64,000 nucleotides of DNA. It comes from Klebsormidium nitens (Eukaryota > Plantae > Klebsormidiophyceae). The stretch covers positions 105,021 through 169,020 of the forward strand of contig DF237106.1 of the NCBI GenBank assembly GCA_000708835.1, in the 5' to 3' direction. The notes beneath the pieces were generated by a model. That model had not been told where the DNA came from and did no database searches. It saw nothing but the letters and a program-made list of their open reading frames with translations. The translations under genes and the position numbers were made by a program. Within the stretch, counting starts at the first letter, position 1; every line of letters begins with the position of its first letter. This document shows positions 57,491 through 64,000 of this stretch, in pieces.

Positions 57491-60400
57491 TCATAAATCA
57501 ACTTCCGCTTCCTCCGATCTGGCACCCTTCAACAGCCCGACTGCGTGCTCTATCCGACGTATCAGAGGTTTGTCAAAGTCGTATCCGGAGTACCTGCAGG
57601 AGGCAACACGTTCGATCAAGCATCGAAAAGCGATGCGAAACAGAGTCATATGGGGAAAGGTGCCTTCCCTCAGCTCTAGCTCGATCAAGATTGCACCTGT
57701 AATGTCGACAAGGTCACCAATTAGACTCATGCGAATTCCCCGTTTTGCCGGATGCTTGTGCGACATGGTGCCAGTTTTGCCGGATGCTTATACGACATGG
57801 TGCCAAGAGCTCTTGACGATTTTAGGAGCTCTTGACGATGTCGTTCTCGGCACAAGCGAGCGCGCTTCTACTAAAAACCTATCGTCTCAAGGCAGCCTGT
57901 GAACATCGTCACCAGCGCTCGCTAAACGATCCGCGTCCTGCCAAGTGCCCTTGCACACCGATCTTCTACAGTTTGGGCGCGGAATCTTCCGAATCCAGTA
58001 TTCCTTTGTAAACTTCGAAATGAGCAATCTCTCTTCAGAAGCCTACGGTTGTTCAATCCCTCATTGGTCACCTCGCTTGAATGCGAACCGTACCTTGAAG
58101 GACCGGTTTCTCTGTGGATCTAACGGCAAACTTCAAAATGCCTTTCGCACTGCTCACCGCTTCTTGGCGACCAGTAAAGCTTCCTCGGCTGCAGAGAGGT
58201 CGCTCTTCCGGTGGTAGATTTCCCCGACGCCAACCCAGGAGTACGGCACGATGTAGAACTCTTCTCTGATCTCCCTCTGGGCATTAAGAATGGCCTGCGA
58301 AGAAGGCCGCCCCAGTTACAAAGTAGAGCTACTTTCGGGATTCGAACGGCAATCAAGGACCGGAGCACTAAATGACGATTGAACGATCGTTCTGAACAAT
58401 CTTGCTTCTTTCTCCTTCGTAAGAAGGCCTTCGTAAGAAGGACCACGACAGACTCGGGGGTGTCAGAAAAAAGCACGTGACACACTACAATGCCACGGGA
58501 GAAGAAGCGTTTGACACGCCACACCAGACTGCACATTTGGGTCAGGTTCTCGACGGGCTTCCTCGAGATCTGTCAGCGTTCTGGTTACGTCATTCCTACT
58601 GATGCTGACAGTATTGGTGTCATCAGATGGAACCGGAGACTTCAACGTGACAGATTAGAAGCTATTCCACAACGGCCATTTGAGAATTCGCTTCTCGGCA
58701 AGTGCAGATCGGAAGGAAAAGGCGGCTAAAAGTGACACCAAACACATTCCGCTCGGACTTCATGAGGGCGCGCACTGAGCGGAACTAGCTTCCAATCGCA
58801 GGGACGCCCTAACTGCATGCCAGAGTTGGTATCAGAAGTGGGGCTATTTTTCGTCACCCTCTGAAATTACATGATTTGAAAGTCTACCTCTTCCACCGGA
58901 GAGCCCTTGTAGAGTACGCGTCTTAACAAGCACCTAGGCCAATATCAAACAACACAGTTCATGATCTAAATCGTTCTATTTTATATCTTTGCTTCTCTTT
59001 CATGAATGTTTACCTTGTAGCAGTCCAATGCCAAGTCGTCCCGTTTGACGCCCACCAGCGACTGAGCCAAGCAAAACATATACACCGCACTCTCATCGTC
59101 AACGATAGGCACCGTTCCGGGGGGCTTGTCAACTCCCTCAACCCACCCCCTCGTCGTCTCTTTTTCTGCAGCCACGTGGCCGATAGAAGCTCCCGGTTTT
59201 TGCAACCCGGTTGCGAACTCTGTGAAACGGATGTCTTTCGCCGAAGCGTTCGAATCAAGTTCCGTGTCCAGATACGTCCGCGTTTTTCGCCGGTCCAGGA
59301 CACGTGCGTTAGTCCTACATAGCGCGTCTTCCGCGTCCCGTTCAAAGTCCGCCGCTCCGCTTGGCGCCGGACTGTTCATCCTCGCACCGCTCTCAGACTC
59401 TGGCTCCGCTGAACCGTCGAACGAACCGGCTCCACTGGACACGTGGCAACGCGCAATTTGAAGAAGCTTCAGCGCTCCTCGGAAGTCCTTTATTTCAATG
59501 CTGCTGTGAACGGGGAGGATGGCCCGGTCGAACTCGCTCATGCCGCCCCGCTTGATGTACAATCGCGCGCGCCGGGCAGCGTACTGGTCGAACGTGAAGT
59601 GCTTTCTAACGTAGCCGGCGACCTGCACGCAGAAGAAGGTTCTCAGATGTTGCGCATTGAGGAGGGGGAAGACGTGGTTGCTTCGGTACCACTCAGGAAC
59701 GGTTGAGGAGGAAGCCCGTCGGTGCTTTCAAGAGGTTTGAGGTTAATAATATGTCGTGTTGAGGCAACGTACAGACATGCGACAAAGAAAGGTAGGAGAG
59801 ACGAGCTAGCCAACCGCCACGTCACTTCCGAATGGACTTAGAGAATTATGGCGCTCACGCCAGGTGAACAACGTGCTTGCGAAAAGGTGGCTTGGCAGGT
59901 CCGTATGCCTTACCCAAAAGTCGTTATTTACAACTAGAAGCAAAGTAAATCTGGCCATGTGCGTATTTACGTTGTAGGAAGTAGCTTGCCTCTAACCTAT
60001 ACACGTCCCGTGACTTCCAAACTTCTTGCTCGACTCTCAAGGACAGACAAGCGGCTCACAAATTGGCCCGCAAAACGCAGCAATGGCAACAGACGAGGTC
60101 CGGAATGACGTCACCGCGGTAACGTCACTCACCGACGTCATGGCCGCCGTTGCTTCCTTCCTCCGTCCCAGCAGGTCGAGCGCGCAGCCGAGCTGGTAGG
60201 CGCAGAAGGCGTGGTAGCTGGGCGACCGGAATTCCGCCAGGAACGGAACAAATCGCTCGACGGCGCGGGAATAGTCGCCAACGAGGAAGTGGCACCAGCC
60301 GATCTCGTACAGGCACATCAGCTGGAAGGGCCGGACCTGAACAGGAGTCCAATGACGTCAGCCGAAAGTCGTACCAGAAAGGAGCATCAGAGAAACGTCA

Positions 60401-63400
60401 GCTTAGGCAAGCAGGCCTGGAAACATGGAGAAGGGGCAACTGGAACGGTCGGACAAAATACAGAGTTTCGTCCGTCGTGAGCTGACTTTGGACCTTCAAA
60501 GGCCGCCCAGAGGACTCATACAGGACGTACGTCGTACTGGAGACGTCAGCTCCCGACGACGTCACCACAGACGTCGGCCATTATCAAAAGCGTTGTTTGA
60601 CAATTGAGTCAGAGCTGTGGCGGACATCGGACCAAAGTGACAGGGTAAGACACCTTTCAATCAGGATTCTACATTTCCACCGTCAGCTGCAAGCTTAAAG
60701 CTTATTACTTGTCAACAGACAAGGCGCACAGTTAAAGATAAGGAGAACCAGGACATCCGTTGAAGATTGAAGCAATGACGGTGCTGCGAGACGAACCTCT
60801 GAGCTGGCTGCGTGCGCTCTCTCGAACCGCTCAATTGCTAGATCCAAGCCTCCCCTGACTCGGGCGAGATAGCCGCCCAGGTACTGGAAGAGCGCAGAGT
60901 GCGTGCCCTTGCTCTCAAATCTGCGAACGCAATCTCGCTGTCAGAATGCATTGTCGAGCGGACTTCAAGTCGTTAGGGTTGAGCCAAAGTGATCCCGCCA
61001 GTGTGATCTAGTGACGAATACGAACGCCTTGGATGTCTTGTCACTTTTCAGGACAGCACCGCTGTCGTGTTCCGGTACGTGACGGGAGAGCTGTAGTGGC
61101 CAAAAGGCTTCAGGTGCTTGCTACTGGATTTGGCCCCTGTAGCTGAAGCACACGAAAACGCAAAGATTTGACCCTCAAAATATTCTTTTTGACCGTCGCC
61201 GTTCCCCTACGAGCATCGAGCGCCGCCTCCCTCCAGGATGGTAACCCAGAAGAGATTCATCACTCATCACCAAATGATCTATTGTCTTCCAGCCTTGGAA
61301 CGAGACCCCACCTCTCAGTCGCTTCCTCGAACAGCCTCTCTGCTCGCTCCCTCGCCTTGAAGAAGAACGTGTCTTGCCAGATTAGCAAAAGGTACGCTGC
61401 GTAAACCCTGTTTCCCCCCGCGCAAATGCACTCGCGCAGCTGCGGCTGACTCGCGCTTTGGTCACCCTTGAACCCCAGGGACTCGACGATCCACTTGAAG
61501 GCTGGGGGAACCAGCGAGACGAAGAAGTGGAAGCCGCCGATTCCTGTGAGGAGCGAGCGGGAGTGTGGTGGTCAGAATTGATGAGAATGAATTTGAGGAA
61601 GGCGTCTTGGATTTTGAGGGTGTGGTCTGAAAACGGCTCTGATCATATGCCGCAGGCCTTGGCTAAAGCCCCCGAGTTCTGTGATATGTCTGGGCTGGCC
61701 CTTTCGACAATCTGATGGGACATAGGTTGGCTGAGAATCGGTTTAGAACGTCCCGTTTGAAGACCGAAGTTTGGCCTACTTTTCGTTGATTCCTTCCGTG
61801 AGAAACAGAGTCTGGCTTTCTTCCATCTCAAAAGCGGGCACGAAAACCAGACAAGGTGAAGTTAAGTACCGACAACTTCGTGTGAGAGTCTGGCTCGGAC
61901 TCTCTCCTCAGGCAAGGCCTACGCAGTTCTTCTGCGGCAGTGGTGTGCCCGTTTGCGCCTTGCCTGCAATTGAATAATGAATAACGACGCAAAAACACGG
62001 AATGCTCAACTTACCGTCACAGAAAAATGTAAGATGACAGTTGCAGAGAGTGAAGGTTCATATTGAGATTGAGGGCCTACCGTATAAGATGTCTCCCCTG
62101 TCTGCAGATGCCAAAGCTTCTGCGCCAGATTGCTCCTTGCCATCTTTGGACCCAACTACATCCTCCTCGTATAGCTGCTGGTAGGCGTTCCAGCAGGACT
62201 TCAGCTGCAGACTCAGAACCCCGATCATTATAGGGCGTGCCTTGCTCGAGAGGGCCTACTACACATGGTAGGATACTTTGTGGGAGTTTTGTAAGAGTTA
62301 ATGTGTTTCAAATCCTGCTTAGTTCATCATGCTGTGTTATGGCATACAGATTTCTTGACTATGCTCTCACCCTGGTTGGGGAAGACCTTACTCCAAAACG
62401 GCGACATAAATTGAAAAGCTAGCATGAGTTGCAGCCATCCAAGCCGCTGTGCTGCTAGCGCTGAATGACTTACGTGTACAAACGCTAAGAAGAGATGAAA
62501 AATGCACAGGAGGCCACAGAGTCGTCTCACGAGCCCTTCTTTGTCCCACTGTGCATCTTTTTTGAGCTTTTGGTCCACTCTCAAGCACAAAGGTCACTTT
62601 TCAAGAGGCATAAGTGCATTTGTTGCTAGTGGCGCATGTAAGACACCTTTCCACACATTCATGTCTGATCGAAGATAAAGTTGCACCTAGAGTCGTATCT
62701 GTGCGGACAAGTGCATGCGCAGAAATCCTGGGCCCTCACCTTGAGCGCTCCCGTGACATATGACGACGCTGTCCCCAGTCTGAAAAGAAGGAGTGCCTGA
62801 AGCAGGTGTGAATGCGCCCTGGTTACCCGGAAGTGTAGGATGCGCCCCCGTGTGCATGCAGGATCGGCTGCAAGCTTCTTTGACCGTCCAAAAGGCAGAA
62901 GCCTTCTCATCCCACGAGATGCATGAGGCTGGACCACTTCGATGTTCAAGTCGGCTAAATTGACCGCCTCCTGTAAAGATTGAGAACACGTTCAGCATAC
63001 CAAAAAGGCGTGGGTAGGAGGTTACAATTGTGGATGCAACAATGGACTCAGAAGCAAGGGGTGGAATGGTGCTTTTCTGGATCCTCGAGTCCGCTAATTA
63101 GCTTTGATCCCCCTTGTAGAGCAATCAAGGAAGCCTATGTCAATCCTAATTTCACATCTGCTCTTAGAAGGGGTACTTCGTGGGGAAGGGCAAAGATTTT
63201 CCACCCAGCCACAGTATTTTGTATGACAAGGTGCGTCTAGCTAGCGCAATCTCAAAAGCTCATGTGCAGAGTTCAAAAGGTTCTCAGGCCTCTTGAACTC
63301 GAACTGGTGCTCGTTGGAAACTTATTTGGTACGAGATGGTACCAGGACAGTTTGAGATGCAGGATGAGGAAACCACCGCACCACCACCAAGCGAAGGACA

Positions 63401-63740
63401 TCATTTTTAGCCTGAGGCACAATATCACAAAAACACTAGATCTGATTCTCCGGAATCATGTACTAGAGTGGGACAGTTGATGGTACTCTGTTGAGGAGAT
63501 CAGAACAGACACCGCCATGAGAGTAAGGCATTGCAAAGGTCTACATGAGTTCCTTCTTGTCCTCTGAGATGATGCCGCGCCAGAATACCGCTTCTCCCCA
63601 CAGCATTGCAGCTTCAACGTCTGCATCTTTATCTTCTCTTGCGAGAAACTGGAATGTGCGGCCAGCCTGTTCGAGCTGGAGACGTGCGAGCTGGCGGATG
63701 CCTGTCTCCATCCTAGTTTCAAAGTGGTGGGAATGTGGGA
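57491..63740 (-). CDS. TTC39: TTC39C/IML2 (DUF3808)-like TPR protein, 5' end unresolved. Exons: ~63740-63545, 62970-62740, 62204-62081, 61543-61312, 60920-60797, 60336-60133, 59622-59014, 58294-58158, 57593-57491
   Basis: Family-typical blocks: SYVTGALK|LKSCWNAY, GIGGFHFFVSLVPPAFKWIVESLGFKGD, SALFQYLGGYLARVRG, LMCLYEIGWCHF, YIVPYSWVGVGEI, and C-terminal YSGYDFDKPLIRRIEHA. Phases match from 62970 downstream. The 63545-62970 junction does not close, so an exon may be missing. Confidence 0.85.
57742..57839. repeat. 2x32-bp tandem duplication followed by a 13-bp direct repeat in the last TTC39-like intron
   Basis: gttttgccggatgcttgtgcgacatggtgcca versus gttttgccggatgcttatacgacatggtgcca (2 mismatches), then agctcttgacgat twice. 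Confidence 0.9.
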
Positions 63741-64000
63741 TCTGCCACAAAGATTGGTGTGGCACCATTCCTCGTCCGGCAGACGGAACATGTTCAGTGA
63801 AATGAAAGGCAACTAGCAGGTCGTGTTCTTCGGTGAATCCACCTACGAGGCCAGGCTGTAGCCTTAGAGGCGGCTTGTTGAGAGCCAGTTGCGTCAGGGA
63901 AGTCCCCCAGAAAGGAGCCACTTCACCTTCTTCAGAGTGGCAGGAGCATATAAACGTTATATTCCTTCATCGACAATGCCTTATGCAGATACTCATATTA

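Overview
Intron-rich eukaryotic nuclear DNA with GT-AG introns. The gene content (plastid MENG, an extensin-like region, a TALE homeobox) points to a green-lineage organism, most plausibly a streptophyte alga such as Klebsormidium; this is inference, not verified. I assembled gene models by hand from splice signals and reading-frame continuity. They are: a ~1,730-aa PBX-like TALE homeodomain gene (+, 1285-9259); MENG/UbiE methyltransferase (-); an STK16/NAK kinase (+); an orphan membrane protein (-); an IFI27/ISG12-like protein (+); a giant multi-domain surface protein (+, 29782-45086); a signal-anchored PAM2-motif protein (+); a small secreted orphan (-); and a TTC39C/IML2-like gene (-, 5' end unresolved). 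There are two N gaps. No rRNA, tRNA, CRISPR array or transposase was supportable. Best leads: (1) an intron ending in seven ~61-bp tandem copies of its own 3' splice acceptor plus the first exon bases, where only the last copy gives an intact protein, with a second independent acceptor duplication in MENG; (2) an interferon-induced ISG12-family gene followed 33 nt after its stop by a 29-bp hairpin whose wobble pairs favour the sense RNA; (3) a giant TALE protein with the PBX-type WFGNKR helix; (4) a receptor-like giant protein with seven Ig-like modules all carrying CxxCxxxC; (5) a membrane-anchored PAM2 protein with seven KSPPK repeats. Reference sequences quoted for comparison are recalled from memory and need database confirmation.
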